DNA from: a bacterium
GTDB taxonomy: Bacteria > Electryoneota > Electryoneia > Electryoneales > Electryoneaceae
Length of the DNA: 64,000 nt
NCBI GenBank assembly: GCA_963669175.1
Contig: OY769902.1
Span: 2,592,001-2,656,000, forward strand
Direction: 5' to 3'
The notes under the pieces are model-generated. The model was not told where the DNA came from and searched no databases. It worked only from the letters and a program-made list of their open reading frames with translations. A program made the translations under genes and the position numbers. Below are positions 39,069 through 54,000 of this stretch, in pieces (position 1 is the stretch's first letter; each line of letters begins with the position of its first letter).

Positions 39069-42000
39069 TTACGGCGCGTAAATGATCCGCCTTACCTTCC
39101 CGCCGCCGTGTGGTGCGTTCATCCTCAGGAAATACATGCCCGCTGCGAGGTTGGTCGCCTCCCAACTGATCTGGTGGTACCCCTGACGATATTCCCGTTC
39201 AGGAATGGATGTCACCTTCTGGCCCAGCGTGTTGTAAATATCAAAGCTGACACGTCCGGCGTTCGGCAGCGCGACCACAATCATCAGGCGAGCGTTGAAC
39301 GGATTCGGGTATGTGGCGGCAACCGTGTACTCTGTCGGTATTTCATTGTCGCCCCAGGGCGATTCCTGTTGCGGACCGTCAAGGAATACTGTCCAGCCAT
39401 TGAAGGATCGTACGGTATCACCACCGGAAATGGCATCCACGTACCAGTTGATTTCAAGATGACCGGTCCAGGAGGTAAGCCCCAGGCTGTCCACGATATC
39501 GATCAACTGGGCGTGTTCTTCCAGTTCACGGAAAGTGACAGAGGTATCAATCGCGCCTTGCAGATACAGATCCAGCGTGATGCTGTAGCGCAGCAATTCT
39601 GCCTCTTCCGGGTCAGGATCGACGGATTGCTGCCAGGCAAAACGCATTTCGTGGGGAATGGTCCAGGGTACTATTGCGCTGTCCGCAGGTTCGAGCAGGG
39701 CAAATGACGTCGGCGGATTCGGGAATGAAGTCGCTACTGTCCAGACCTGGTTGGAACGTGATTCACGATTGATCGTATCACGTGCCTTCACCCGCCACCA
39801 GTAGCTGACGTCATCATCCAGATCGGTCACGGTATAGCTCAAGGCGCTGCCAACTGTGTAGCGTTGCGCATTGACAAAGCTGCTGCTGGTCGAAAGCTCC
39901 AGGATGTAGGTGATGGAATCCGCGTTGGATTCATCGTGTCCCGCGCCCCATTCAAAGGTGATCTCATCCGTTGTTGAAACCATACCGAACGGGGGACTGA
40001 TCAAATCAAACGGCTCGGGTGGTTGCAGGATGAACAGGTCAAAAGTCCAACCCTCTTCAGGTGTACACCAGGTGCCATCCGAGTTGCTGTCGTACGCTTT
40101 TACACGCCAGTATACCGTAGCGCTGGCATCACCTTCATTCAATTCACCGCTGACAGAAGCAACCTTGACGGTGCCGGTTTCCTGTACCAGTGCAACCTGC
40201 GATAGCGATGGTTGCTGCTTTTTCTTCGCGCTGCTCTGTTTTGCGCTCTGTTTCCTAGGCTGCAGGGAGACAATTTCTTCAACGGGACTTACACCGAGAA
40301 GCTGTCCGCCATCGTTATTCTCGAGAAGTCGTTCAAAGAAGGGGAAATCATCCGGAATTGTGACAGAAGTATCTGACAGTGCGTAGATGGAATCCGCGTC
40401 ATAGAAATCAGGATTGTCAGCAAAATACAACGTGTACGTAATGTCATCGCCTGGATCAGGATCCGTTGTCGCAAACCAGGTGATTGTTGGCGTGAGTTCG
40501 TACAACAATGCGCCACTGTCCGGTGCGGCAAGGTTGAATGTCAGGGGCGGATTCGGCAAACGCATGAAGAAACGCCATGTCTGGGATGCCATCCTGCCTT
40601 CGCTGTTGGAATCCACAGCGCGGACAGTCCAGTAATAGCGGACATCATCCTCACCACCGAACCAGGTATAGTTTGTTGAACGCAGACCGGAAGCAACCGG
40701 ATTACCCATGCTGTCCGGATCTTCCGAAATATAGATTTCGTATGTAACCGGGTCGTTCGGATCAGGATCTTCAGTCTGTTCCCAACGGAAGACCACGCTT
40801 TCGGTGTTAATCTCACGGTTATGCGACGGGAGGAGCAGGTTAAACGGTTCCGGCGGCTCGGGAATATCAATCACGAAGTTGATCAACGTGTTGTCCACCG
40901 GGTTCTGGTTCGAAAGACGACCGTTGCTGTTCTGATCCACCGCGCGCACATACCAGTACACCGTCACATCATCAACAAAACTGTCCAGCTCATTGGTCAA
41001 GCTACCCGTCTGCTGAACTGTGCTGGAACCGAAGCCGGAAAGACTGGTCGAGTATGTCTGCGATCTTGTAGAACTGCCTGTGCTTGCCAGCCCTGTGTAC
41101 TGTTTCTTTCCGCTTCCCGCTGTATTACCTGCACGGAAACTCACCTGATCCAGGTCCGTAATCCCGGTGTTGGATTGCGAGCCGTTGTTCCCGGTATTCA
41201 GCATGGTGCTGGTGAAGGTGAATGTCGTGTCATCAAGGTTTGCGATGGAATCCGGCAACAGGAAAGTGGGATCATTTACCGACCATACCAGCGTGTAAGT
41301 AACCCAATCATAGGGATCAGGATCAATCGTCGATTCCCATACGACAGTCGGCGAATGAGTTTCCAGCCGTTCGCTGCTGTCCGGGCTCAACAGTGAGAAG
41401 GGAAGTGGCGGTTCATGCTTGTTGATGAACATGGTAAACGTGTTCGAGGACCATGTCCCCTGGGTGTTTGTGTCACGAGCGTAAACCCGCCAGGTGATTT
41501 CCGCATCATCCGCAGGAAGTGTCCAGTCGAAACTGTTCGTATCCAGCTCGGAGGCGATCAGGCCGCCATGTCCACCATCAATCTCCATATAGACATCATA
41601 GGTGACCTGGTTGTCCGGGTCAGGATCAGGCGCTTCTTCCCAGCGCAGGTTTACGACAGACGTATGAATCTCAACCGAATCCGCCGGTTGCAGCAGGCTG
41701 AAGTCTGCCGGGGGCTCGGGGAAGTACGTGCTGAATGTTAATGTGTCGTTGGCCCAGATGCCTGGCGTGTTGCTGTCCTGAGCATACACAGTCCACTGGT
41801 AGATACGGTCATCTTGCAGCGAATCAAGGATACAGGTTGTGTCTGTCAGTCCTGTAGCGATGACTGCGAAGGCCGTATCCAGATCTGTTTTCACCAGCAG
41901 GTCATAGGCTACCTCGTTGTCCGGATCAGGATCGAATGAGGCTTCCCAGGTCAACTGAACCGTGTCAACCCATACTGTATCCATGTCCAGCGGACTTAGC

Positions 42001-45000
42001 AGCGAGAAAGCTGACGGGGATTCTGAGACATACACATCGAACTGCCAGTATTCAGCAGGTCCCGAAAGTGTTCCGGCTGTATTCCTGTCTGTCGCATGGA
42101 CGCGCCAGTAAATAGTTACGTCATCCGGAAGCAGTTCATCCAGTTCACCTTCGCCATCACTGCCATATTCTTCACGAATAACAGCGGAAATCTCTTCTTC
42201 CGTGAAGGTGTAAGTTGTGTCCGTAATGCCCGTGATCACATTTGAACCGGGCAACTGCGGCGTGAGTCCCCAGATTACCCGATAGGTAAGGGTATCATCC
42301 GGATCAGGATCTGAACTGGCATGCCAGACCAGGGTTGGTCCAAGCGTGTTTACAGTCGAACTGTCTTCCGGGCTGACCAGGTCAAACGCAGCAGGCAGTT
42401 CCGGGAAATAGGTCCGGAACGTGGATGTGTCGGTTGATGCAAGGCTGTCGCCGAGAACCTCATCATGGGCAAAAACTCGCCACCAGTACTGCTTGTCATC
42501 TTCCAGCCATGCCGGGGTTACTGTCGGCGTTTCACCTTCAGCGTAGGTGCCCAGGTACTGGATATCTGAATCGAAAGTGATATCGTCACAGACATGGATA
42601 GAATAGATTACTGACTGTCCCGGATCAGGATCACCATTGTTTTCCCATTCGAAGGTAACCGAGCCGTCAAAGCTGGTGTCACCCAGCACCGGGCTGATCA
42701 GGGCGAAGGGATAGGGCATCTGCTGCCAGTAAATATCAAACGCCCAGAACGGAGTCGGACCCGCCCAGGTGCCGTTCGTATTGGTATCGACAGCCCGGAC
42801 ACGCCAGAAAACAGTCACATTGTCCGGCAGAAGTTCATCGAGGTCATTATCGTCGCCACCGAATTGTTCCCGGTAGGCGTTCATCAGAGTTGTGTTTTCA
42901 AAAGTGTAGAACGTATCAACTAGGCTGGTGACAGAATCCGAGCCCGTGAAGTCCGGCAGGAAAGCCCATTCCATGGTGTAGGAAACACTGTCGCTGGAAT
43001 CATATTCCGGTGCGCTTTCCCACATCAGCGTCGGTCCAAGCGTGTTGACCTCTGCAAGGTGTGCTGGGGACAGCCTGTCGAATGCGCCCGGTGGTTCCGG
43101 GATGTATACCCAGAAGCTCCATGCCTGGTTGGACACGATGCTGTCGCCGCTGACTTCATCATGCGCGTAAACTTTCCACCAGTACCGCATGTCATCTTCA
43201 AGAATCGGCGGGGTGAAGGTGGGGAAGTCGTTTTCCGTGTATGGGCCATACACGTCCGGGCTGCTGAACCAGGGGTTTTCTGACAGGTGCAGGGTATAGG
43301 TAACATTCTGTCCCGGGTCAGGATCGTTCTGGTTCTCCCAACGGAAGGTTACCGAGCCGGTCGTGTTCGTGTCATCGTTTGCCGGACTGATCAGTGAGAA
43401 AGCATTGGGCGGATCCTGGACAAACACATAGAAAGTCCAGTAGGCAGAAGGTCCGCTGAGCCTCGAACGACCGGAATCATCAATCGCACGTACCCGCCAG
43501 TATACTGTCACATCATCTGGCAGCAACTCGTCGAGTTCTTCATCACCCAGCATTTCTTCCATGCTGTTCAAGAGTTCAGCTTCAGTGAAGGTATACACCG
43601 GATCAGTCAGGTCTGCAATCGAAGTTGACGGCACAAACCCGGCATTGAAGGCATATTGCAGTGTATATGTCACAGATTCACCCGGGTCCGGGTCGGTTGT
43701 CGCTTCCCAGATCAGTGTTGGCCCAAGGTTGGGAACCGTAACTCCGCTGTCCGGGCTTACGAGGTCAAATGGTAATGGCACTTCAGGTGAATAGATGAAG
43801 AAGGTCCAGGTCTCCGTTGACCAGACATGCCCGCCGGTCCATTCATCCGTTGCCACAACACGCCACCAGTACTGGGTGTCATCATCCAGAACCAGTTGGT
43901 CAAGCGTCGGGAATTCGCCTTCATTGAACGGTCCGTATAAAGCTGAACCAGTGAAGTTTGAGTTTTCAGCTACCTGTAATTCATAACTTACGCCCTGGTT
44001 CGGATCGGGATCACCGTTGTTTTCCCACTCGAGAATGACAGAAGGAGACGGATCAAGAATGCTCCCGTCAGCAGGGGTGAGAAGGCTGAAAGCGTAGGGT
44101 TGCTCGTGGACATACACCGTAAACGACCATGACGCTGTCGGTCCGGCCCATGTCCCGGTGCCGGAGTTCCGGTCAACCGCACGAACCCGCCAGTAAACCC
44201 GCGCATCGTCAAACAACTGACCCACAGGGTACGTATAGAACGTATCAGCCAGGCCGGTTACAGTCGTAAGATTGCTGAAATCGGAATTGAACGACCATTC
44301 CAGCGTATAAGTGATCTGATCACCGGGATCGGGATCTGTTGCACGTTGCCAGGTCAATGTCGGGTCAAGATCCTCAACCTGTCCGTCATCCGGCGGATAG
44401 ACACGATTGAACGCGCTCGGCGGTTCCGGAATGTAAATGCGGAATGACCAGGTCTGGGCAGACTGTACTGAATCGCCCTCTGCATCATGAGCGTATACTT
44501 TCCACCAGTACCGTCCCCCGTCAACCATCCAGGGTTCACTGATGGTCGGGAATACATCCTCATCATAGGGGCCGTAAACACTACGGTTATTGAAGGCGGC
44601 GTCCTGTCCGAGATGCAGGGTATAGGTTACCAACTGGTTTGGATCAGGATCACCGTTGTTTTCCCAGGTAAAAGTCGGGCTGCCATCAAATGAAGTGTCG
44701 CCATTTGCCGGTGTCAGCAAGTCAAACGCATAGGGCAATTCAGGCTCGTGCATCGTGAATGCCCATATTTCGTTGGACCAGCGTCCATCCGCCAGCACTT
44801 CATCCTGAGCCCAGACACGCCAGTAATAGGTGCTGTCATCCTGCATCCAGAACTGGTTCAGGGTGGGGAAGGTGCCTTCCGGGTATGGACCAAAGCTGAC
44901 CGCATCGCTCATGTCCGGTTGACTGGCAACATAAACCGTGTAGACTACTTCATGTCCCAGGTCCGGATCGCCATTATTTTCCCAGACGAGGGTAACGGAA

Positions 45001-48000
45001 CCATCCGGATTGGACAATCCATTGTTCGCGGGACTGACCAGGTTAAACGGGTTCGGGACATCCTGTACAAATACATCGAACTGGAAATAACTCGGTGGCC
45101 CTGCCCAGGTTCCGGCTGTGTTGGTGTCAACTGCACGTACACGCCAGAAAACTGTCGCGCCGTCATACAGCGGTGTCGGGAGAGTATAAGAGGTTGTGGT
45201 CAACCCGGCCACTTCCGTAGCGGTTGAGAAATCCGCGTTAAAATCATATTGCAGGGTATAGGTGACCACATCGCCCGGATCAGGATCAATTGCATCCTGC
45301 CAGGTCAGAGTCGGCAGTGTATCCGCCACGACTCCGTTGTTTGAAGGAGTCAGCAACTGGAATGCTGCCGGTTGATCGGGAATGGAATACGAAAAACTCA
45401 GGGTGTCATCCGACCAGGTTCCGGCCGTATTGCCGTCCGTAGCCACAACTGCCCAGTAATAGGTCGAGTCGTCATCACCGCTATACACATAGCTGGTTCC
45501 GGCATAACCGCTGATGACCGGTGTGCCCAGGTTGTTGCGCAATGTGGAGACATACAGGCTATAGGTAACCACATCGCCCGGGTCGGGATCGGTTGTCGAT
45601 TCCCAGGTCAATGTCACATTCTGGGTTGTCGCGACTGTTCCATCCGAGGGCGACAACAGGGTAAACGCGGCCGGTGGTTCCGGTACGACCAGGTGGAATC
45701 GATAGGCTGTGTTGTCAATCGGGTTCTGGTTGGAACGACGTCCCTCTGAATTCAGGTCAACCGCTTTCACATACCAGTAAACCGTATTGTTGTCGGATAA
45801 CATACCGGCGGCGAACGTATATGAAGTGTCTGCCAATCCGGTTATTTCCACTGGACTGATAAACAGCGGATCACCGATGGTATAGAGAACGGTATAGGTA
45901 ACCACATCGCCCGGATCTGCATCCGTTGAGGGATGCCAGGTCAGGGTCGGTGTCATGGTCTGAAGGATAATATTGTTGGCCGGGCTGCCCAGGTTGAACG
46001 GAGTCGGACGTTCCGGGATGGCAATCCGGAAACTGCGCACTTCATCCGCCCAGGTTCCCGGCGAATTGGTGTCAACAGCCTTCACTGTCCAGTAATAAAG
46101 TGTGTCTTCAACACCATGGAAGGTGTACCCTGTAGTATCAAGGCCGCTTGCAATCAATGTGGCAGGATTGCCAAGTGTTCCCAGGTCAAAGGAGACATAG
46201 ACATTATAGGTAACAATATCACCAACATCAGGATCGACACTTTCTTCCCAGGATAACTGCGCATCAAGCGAGGTGACCGTATCTGCCTGATCCGGTGTCA
46301 GCAGGTTAAACGCAGAAGGTGAATCTATAATGTAGATCTCAAAACTGCGCGCTGTGCCGTCAATCGGGTTTGGCGTGGATCGTGTCCCGGCTGAATTGGT
46401 ATCCACAGCCTTCACATACCAGTACACGGTCTCATGATCGTTCAGGATTCCGGCGGGGAATGTGTAGGATGTGTCTGTCAATCCCGCGGTAAAAGCCGGT
46501 GTGGTAAAACTGGGATCGCTGATAGACCAGTACACGGTATAGGTGAGCGCATCACCGGGGTCAGGATCTGTGCTGCGCTCCCAGGTCAGAGTCGGTGTCG
46601 TTGTCGTCAAAACAACGCCGGCAGCCGGAGAAACCAGGGCAAACGCGCTGGGTGCATCAGGTACACCAATACTGAACTGCCAGGTCTCGTTTGAGATGGT
46701 TCCGGCGGTATTCGTATCGACCGCCTTTACCTGCCAGTAATATGTCAGATCATCCGTCAACGTCAACGTATGGGTTGTATTGGTCAAACCCTGCGCGACT
46801 CGAGTAAACGGTTGCCCCAAGTCGGCAAGATTCGTCGATAAATAAACACTGTAAGTAAGATTGTCACCCGGATCGGACTCGGAAGATGCTTCCCAGGTCA
46901 GGGTAACACTCGTGCTCGGTGAAATATAGTTGTTTACCGGAGACAACAGGCTGAAGGCAGCCGGGGTGTCATTTACATAGACATCGAAGCGGTATGGATT
47001 CCCGTTTTGCGGACTCTGATTGGATGGCGTTCCGGCGGTGTTTCCATCCATCGCCAGTACGTACCAGTAATAGGTCACGTCATCGTTCAGAACCCCGCCG
47101 GGGAAGGTATAGACCGTGTCAGTCAACCCCGAAACGAAAGCCGGGGACGCAAATGTCGGATCATTAACCGACCAGTAGAGGCGATAGGTAACATTATCGC
47201 CCGGGTCCGGATCGGTTGATCTGCGCCATGTCAGGGTCGGTGATGTTGTGCCCATCGTCGCGCCGTTGGTCGGGCTGATCAGGTCAAATGCTGTCGGCGA
47301 TTCCGCCTCGCCAATTGTAAATCTCCATGCCTGGTTGGCCCAGGTTCCTACCGTGTTGTTGTCCGTGGCATACACAGTCCAGTAATACGTGCTGTCGTCA
47401 TCGCCGATGAAGGTGTACGTTGTATCGGACCAGCCATTGACGATCCGGTTAGCCGGGATACGAAGCCCGCCAGTAGTATCACTGGCCAGGTAAACATCAA
47501 AGGTCGGCGTATGGTTGCCGTCAGGATCTTCCGTGTCACGCCATGTCAATGTGACGATATGGTTTCCGGTAGTCGAGTTATTGATTGGTGAAACCAGGTT
47601 GAACGGTTCCGGGGCGTCTGTGATATAGATGTCAAACTTCCACGGAATACCGTTGGACGGCGCTGGAGTCGAAGCCGTGTACGTGCCTGAATTTGTGTCG
47701 TAAGCGCGTACATACCAGTATACCTGGTGACCATCTTCCAGGATTCCCGGCGCCAGCGTATAGGTGGTGTCAGAGATGCCTGAAATCACAGTCGGATTGG
47801 TGAAATTGATATCACCGATGGAATAGTACAAACGGTAGGTAACCACATCGCCGGCATCGGGATCAGTTGCCTGTTCCCATACGAAATTCACTTCTGTTGT
47901 ATCAAGGATAGTAGATCCATCTGCCGGACCGATCAGGGCAAATTCGCTCGGTGGATCGGCGACACCCACGGAGAAGTCCCAGGTCTGCGTCGCCCAGCGT

Positions 48001-51000
48001 CCGGTGGTGTTCATGTCAACGGCTTTAATCGTCCAGAAATATTGCGAATTGTCTGTACCGTTATATGTGTAACTGGTACTGACCACATTTTGTGCTACAC
48101 GACTGGCCGGATCGGTTACCGTTGCCTGGTTGCTGGAAATGTAAACCTCATACGTTACCGCATCGCCCGGGTCCGGATCGACAGAGGCTTCCCAGTTCAG
48201 GGTGACGCTGGTCGAAGGACTGAGACTGCCATCCGCAGGAGATAACAAGGCAAAGCTTGATGGCTGTTCCGGGACCAGGATATTGAATGAATAGGCGGTG
48301 TTGTCACGTGGGTTACGCGTTGACAACCTGCCGTTAGTATTGGTGTCAATTGCGCGTACATACCAGTGAACCGTGCTGTTGTCCGGCAGGTTACCGGCTG
48401 AGAAAGTATAACTGGTCGCGGTCAAGCCGGTTACAGAATCCGGTGATGAGAAAGTTGCATCATCAACGGACCAGATGACTCGATAGGTCACATTATCACC
48501 GGCATCAGGATCAGTACTGACATCCCAGGTCAGTGTCGGAGTGGTTGTGTTGACCGTAATACCATCGGAAGGTGTCTGCAGATCAAACGCGGTCGGTTGT
48601 TCCGGGTTTGAGATGCTGAAGTCCCACTGTTCCGTAGACCATGTTCCCGGTGAATTCGTGTCAACCGCCTTCACCTGCCAGAAGTAGGAATTATCATCCT
48701 GGCCGTTAAACGTATAGGTTTCCGCACTCAGGCCCTGTGCCACACGGTTGCCCACATCCTGAAGTGTCAGCAGATCCTGTGATACATACACATCATAGGT
48801 GACCACATCACCGGCGTCCGGGTCCGTGCTTTCCTGCCAGGTAAACACGACACTTGTTGAAGTAGTCGTGCTGCCATTTGCCGGACCGAGCAGGCTGAAG
48901 GAAGACGGCGCATCGACGATGGTGATTTCAAACTGACGTGCTGTGCCGTCAACCGGATTCGGGGTTGACAGGGTTCCTGCCGTGTTGTTATCCACCGCAT
49001 GGACATACCAGTGAACCACATCTTCGTCAACCAGTATCCCGGCCGGGAACGACCAAGTTTCGTTTGTCAACCCGGTAATCGTGGTTGGTGCGGCGAAACT
49101 GGCATCGTTGATGGAGTAGTACAGGGTATAGGATACCGCGTCACCCGGATCGGGATCGGTGCTTTGCTGCCAGGTAAGTGTCGGTGTCAAAGTGTTCATC
49201 GCCGCCATGTTGATAGGCGTGAGCAGGTTGAACGCTGTGGGCTGTTCCGGAATGGAGAAGGTGAAGCTCCAGGCCTGGTTGGACCAAGTGCCCGGTGAAT
49301 TGCTGTCAATCGCCTTGATCCGCCAGTAATAAGTCTGATCTTCAGTGCCATTGAAGGTATAGAAAGTATTCGACACTCCCTGCGCGATCCGTGAACCGGG
49401 GTTCATCAATGTTCCGGGATCGGTGGAGAGATAGACATCGTAGGTAATCACATCCCCTGGGTCGGGATCGCTTGATGCGTTCCACTCCAGGTCAACAGTC
49501 GTAGCGGCAAGGGTAATGCCATTGGCCGGAGCGGTGAGGTCAAAAGCGACCGGGGCTTCAGCAATGGCGACGTCAAATGACCAGGTCGTGCCATCGTTCG
49601 GGTTCTGTGTGGACAAGCGCCCGTTGGTGTTGGTATCCACAGCACGCACATACCAGTACACCTGGTCGCCGTCGTTGATCGAACCGGATGAGAAAGTATA
49701 GTTGGCTGTCGCAATACCCGTGGCTGAGTCCGGACTGCTGAATGTTGCATCGTTACGCGACCAGATGACATTATAGGTCACCACATCACCCGGATCGGGA
49801 TCAGTTGCAGTCTGCCATGAAAGTATCGGAGTTGTTGTTGTAACTGTCTCGCCATCTGTCGGCGCCATCAGCGAGAAAGCGTCAGGGGTTTCCGACACAC
49901 CAAACGTGAAACTGCGGGTTGTACTGGCCCAGGTTCCGTTGTTGCCGGTATCAACCGCACGTATGGTCCAATAATAGGTCTGGTCTTCAGCGCCGTTGAA
50001 AGCATAGGTCACAACAGACAGGCTTTGCGCAACACGGTTGGCTATGTTTTGAACGGTGGCCTGATCAGTCGAAACGTACACTTCATAATTGATAATATCG
50101 CCGGGATCGGGGTCGGTTGTCGCATCCCATTCCAGGTTGGCCGTCAAGCCCTCGATATACACACCGTCGGCAGGTGAAACGAGATCAAATACCGCCGGGG
50201 GTTCTGGCACATTCATATCGAAATGCCAGGTTGTGCCGTCGTTCGGGTTCTGGGTTGACAGGCGACCGTTAGTGTTGGTATCCACAGCACGAACATACCA
50301 GTAAACCGGCTGATCATCCGCGAGGATACCGGCGGAGAAGGTGTAGGTCGCGGTTGCCAGTCCTACGGCGCTATCCGGGTCGGCGAAAGTCGGGTCGTTT
50401 ACGGCCCAGATCACGTTATACGTAACATTGTCGCCGATATCCGGGTCGGTTGTTGTTTCCCAGGTCAGGGTCGGAGTAGCCGATGTAACAGTCGCGTTAT
50501 CCAGTGGCCCGGTCAGGTTGAAGGCGTCCGGAGGATCGGGAACACCGATACTGAAATCCCATTGCTGAGATGACCAGGTTGAGTTGCCGTCTGTATCAAT
50601 GGCCTGTATCTGCCAGTAGTAGACGTGATTATCAACACCAGCGTAATCCAGGTTGGTGACATTCAACCCTGTTGCGACCCGTGAAGCCAGGTTCTGCACT
50701 GTCGCCTGGTTCTCGGATACATACACATCATAGGTCACATTGTCGCCCGGGTCAGGATCGCTGGAAGCCTGCCAGGTAAGGCTGACTGTCGTGTTCAGTG
50801 AGGTTGTTCCATCCGCCGGAGTGAGCAAGTTGAATGCGGACGGCGCTTCATCAACCGCAATTGAGAATGACCACGTATTCCCATTATTCGGATTCTGACT
50901 GGACAGGGTGCCGTTGGTGTTGGTGTCCACTGCACGTACATACCAGTACAGGGTAATATCGTCTGAAAGTGTACCCGCACCGAAGGTATAGGTCGCGTTG

Positions 51001-54000
51001 GTCAATCCGGTCACTGAATCGGGATCGCTGAAAGTTGCATCACCAACAGAATAGACCAGGTTATAGGTGATGACATCACCCGCATCCGGGTCCGTGGCTG
51101 CGTCCCAGGTCAGGGTCGGGGTGGTTGTTTGCAGTGTGCTTCCATTGGCCGGACCGGTCAGATCAAAAGCGTTCGGTGGATCAGGTTCGACGATGGTAAA
51201 GGTCCAGGTTTCAGTAGACCAGGTTCCCGCCGAATTTGTGTCCACGGCACGCACTTTCCAGTAGTATTGCTGGTTGTCAGTGCCGTTGAAAACGTATTGA
51301 GTCGTATTAAGACCGGCAGCAGTCGGCCCGCCGAAACCGCCGGGAGTCGTAGCGACATACACTTCATAAGTTATATTGTCGCCGGGGTCGGGATCCGTTG
51401 CTGCCTGCCATTGCAATGTGACGGCGGCTGTATTGGGGGTTCCGTTGTTTGCCGGAGAAACCAGTCCGAATGGATTGGGCACGTCCGGTACATTGGTCGT
51501 GAATGACCAGGTATTGTTGTTGTTCGGGTTCTGGTTCGAGTTACGGCCGTTGGTATTGGAGTCCGTAGCACGAACATACCAGTACACGGTCGCATCATCG
51601 GCCAGGTCACCGGCGGTGAAAGTATAGGTCGTATCTGACAGGCCGGTTACACTGTCCGGGTTTGAGAATGTGGCATCATTCAGAGACCAGATCACATTGT
51701 AGTTGACCGCATCGCCGGGATCGTTATCTGTAGTTTGACGCCATACAACAGTCGGCGTCAAATTAGCGAACTCCGTACCGATAGCAGGACTTGAAACATT
51801 AAACGCTGCCGGTGGAGTGGGGGTGACGATCTCATAGCTCCAGGTCTGGTCGGAATACGTTCCCAGGCCACCGTTGTCAATCGCACGAATGCGCCACCAG
51901 TATTGAGTGCCGAATGAACCGGTGAAAGAGTACTGGTTGACGGCCAGGTTTGTAGCTACCGGGGCGCCCCAGACACCGTCGATTTCTGTTATATAGACTT
52001 CATATGTGATAACGTCCCCGATATCCGGGTCGGTGGCTTCTTCCCATTGCAGAATGATATCTGTAGTGGCTGAAACAAAACCATCTGCTGGCGAAGTCAG
52101 GTTAAAACCGTTGGGTGGATCAGGCTGAGAAGTCGTGAAATCCCAACCGGTATTCGGTGTAATCGTGGTTGACTGGTTGTAAATGTTTGTCGCGTGAGCA
52201 CGCCAGTACATCGTCTGGTTATCAGGACAGCCGGTGATGTTGTAATCAGTCGCATCAACCGTTTCCTCGATGGTTGAACCTGCGAAACTGGCTACGGTTG
52301 CCCATTCCACCTCGTAGGTCACGGCATAAGGATAGAACTCAAGTGCAAGGCCATCGTCGAGATAGTTGGCGTTGAAAGTTACTTCAAGACCGTCATTCTC
52401 GTCCGGGTTTTCGATACCGACGGTGCAGGAGTTCAATGTCCCGCTCACATCTTCGTATTGGTAACGGATACGCCCGTCATCGAACAGGATAATCTGGAAG
52501 GTTTCTATTGAAGCGGCATCGGCGAATCTCTGCACACCATCATATTGCACAACAAACCAGGTACCCATGGACTGGTAGTAAATATTCCCAATGGCTTCAG
52601 GCTGCAAGTCATCCCAGAAAGCCGCGATCATACCTTGTGGCCCGTCAATTCCCGGGATGCCCGAGTTCGAGAAGTCGCTGGCGCCACCGAAACTCAGGTA
52701 ACCGTTGTTGTCGATAGTGATATCGGCGTATTCAACCCCGTAGAAGGGGAAATTGAACGGTATCGCGACAACTTCCTGCTGTTCCGCGCCAACCGCCGCG
52801 GTTGAGGGAGTGCCTGTTCCGGAAATATCTACCCAGGCGTAATTCGGACCGCCGGGCTGGTTGTTGTCCAGCCAGAAGTAGCCGAACGTATCCGGTCCAT
52901 GAATCGCCAATCCATTGGCCGGGTTGGTGTCACTGGAGCTGTTCCATTCCACCGTTACATCCGATGTCGTATGGTTGGAATGGTTTGCCGGGCTTGAAGG
53001 TGTAAACGCTGCCGGGGAAGTCGGTTCGTAATAGTGGAAGCTCAAGGTTTGGTCGGACCAGGTGCCGTTGGTATTGCCATCAAGCGCACGCACTTTCCAC
53101 CAGTACGTGGTATTGCTGACCAGCCCGCCCATGGTATAGGTCGTCTGAAGCGGTGTAAAGGCGACGGAGTCCAGATTCTGGGTAAACGCTTCATTAGTAG
53201 CAACCCAGAGCATATACCCGGTCAGAGCGTCATCCGGGTCTGGCTCAGTTGTGGATTGCCACGACAGGGTAGTGTCGGCATCGAATACCGTTACACGGTC
53301 GGCAGGGCCTGAAAGGTTAAATGCTGCCGGAGCTTCAGTCTCGTAAATCTCGAAACGATAGGCAAAGTTATCTCGCGGGTTGCGAGTAGACAATGTGCCG
53401 TTGGTGTTGGTGTCCACTGCACGGACATACCAGTACACCGTGATGTCGTCCTGGAGCGTCCCGTCGGGGAAGGTATAGCTGGTTGCGTTTATGCCGGTAA
53501 TGGAATCCGGGTCAGCGAAAGTTGCATCCCCGATCGAGTATATGATGTTATATGTGACCACATCCCCGGCATCGGGGTCAACCGATGCACTCCAGGTGAG
53601 GGTGGGGGTTGTGGAACCTTCCGTATTCCCATCTGTAGGCGTCAGCAGGTTGAAAGCGCTGGGCGGTTCCGGTACGGTAATATGGAAACTCAGGGTGTCA
53701 TCGGCCTGCGTTCCCGGAGATTCGGAATCGTTCGCCAGGATGGTCCAATAATAGGTGGCGTCGTCCAGACCGGTGAAATTATAAAACGTATCTGCGATAC
53801 CTGTTGCTACAGCTACTCCCATATCGGTTGGGTCTGTGGAAGCGAATACGTTATAAGTCAGGTTCTCCGTCGGGTCCGGATTCAAGCTTGGATTCCAGGT
53901 CAAATCCAGTGTTGTGGAACCGGATACAAAGCCATCAGCAGGCGTTCCCAGCGTGAAGGGGAGGGGACGTCCGTAAATCTCAATAGCAAGGTTATTTTCG

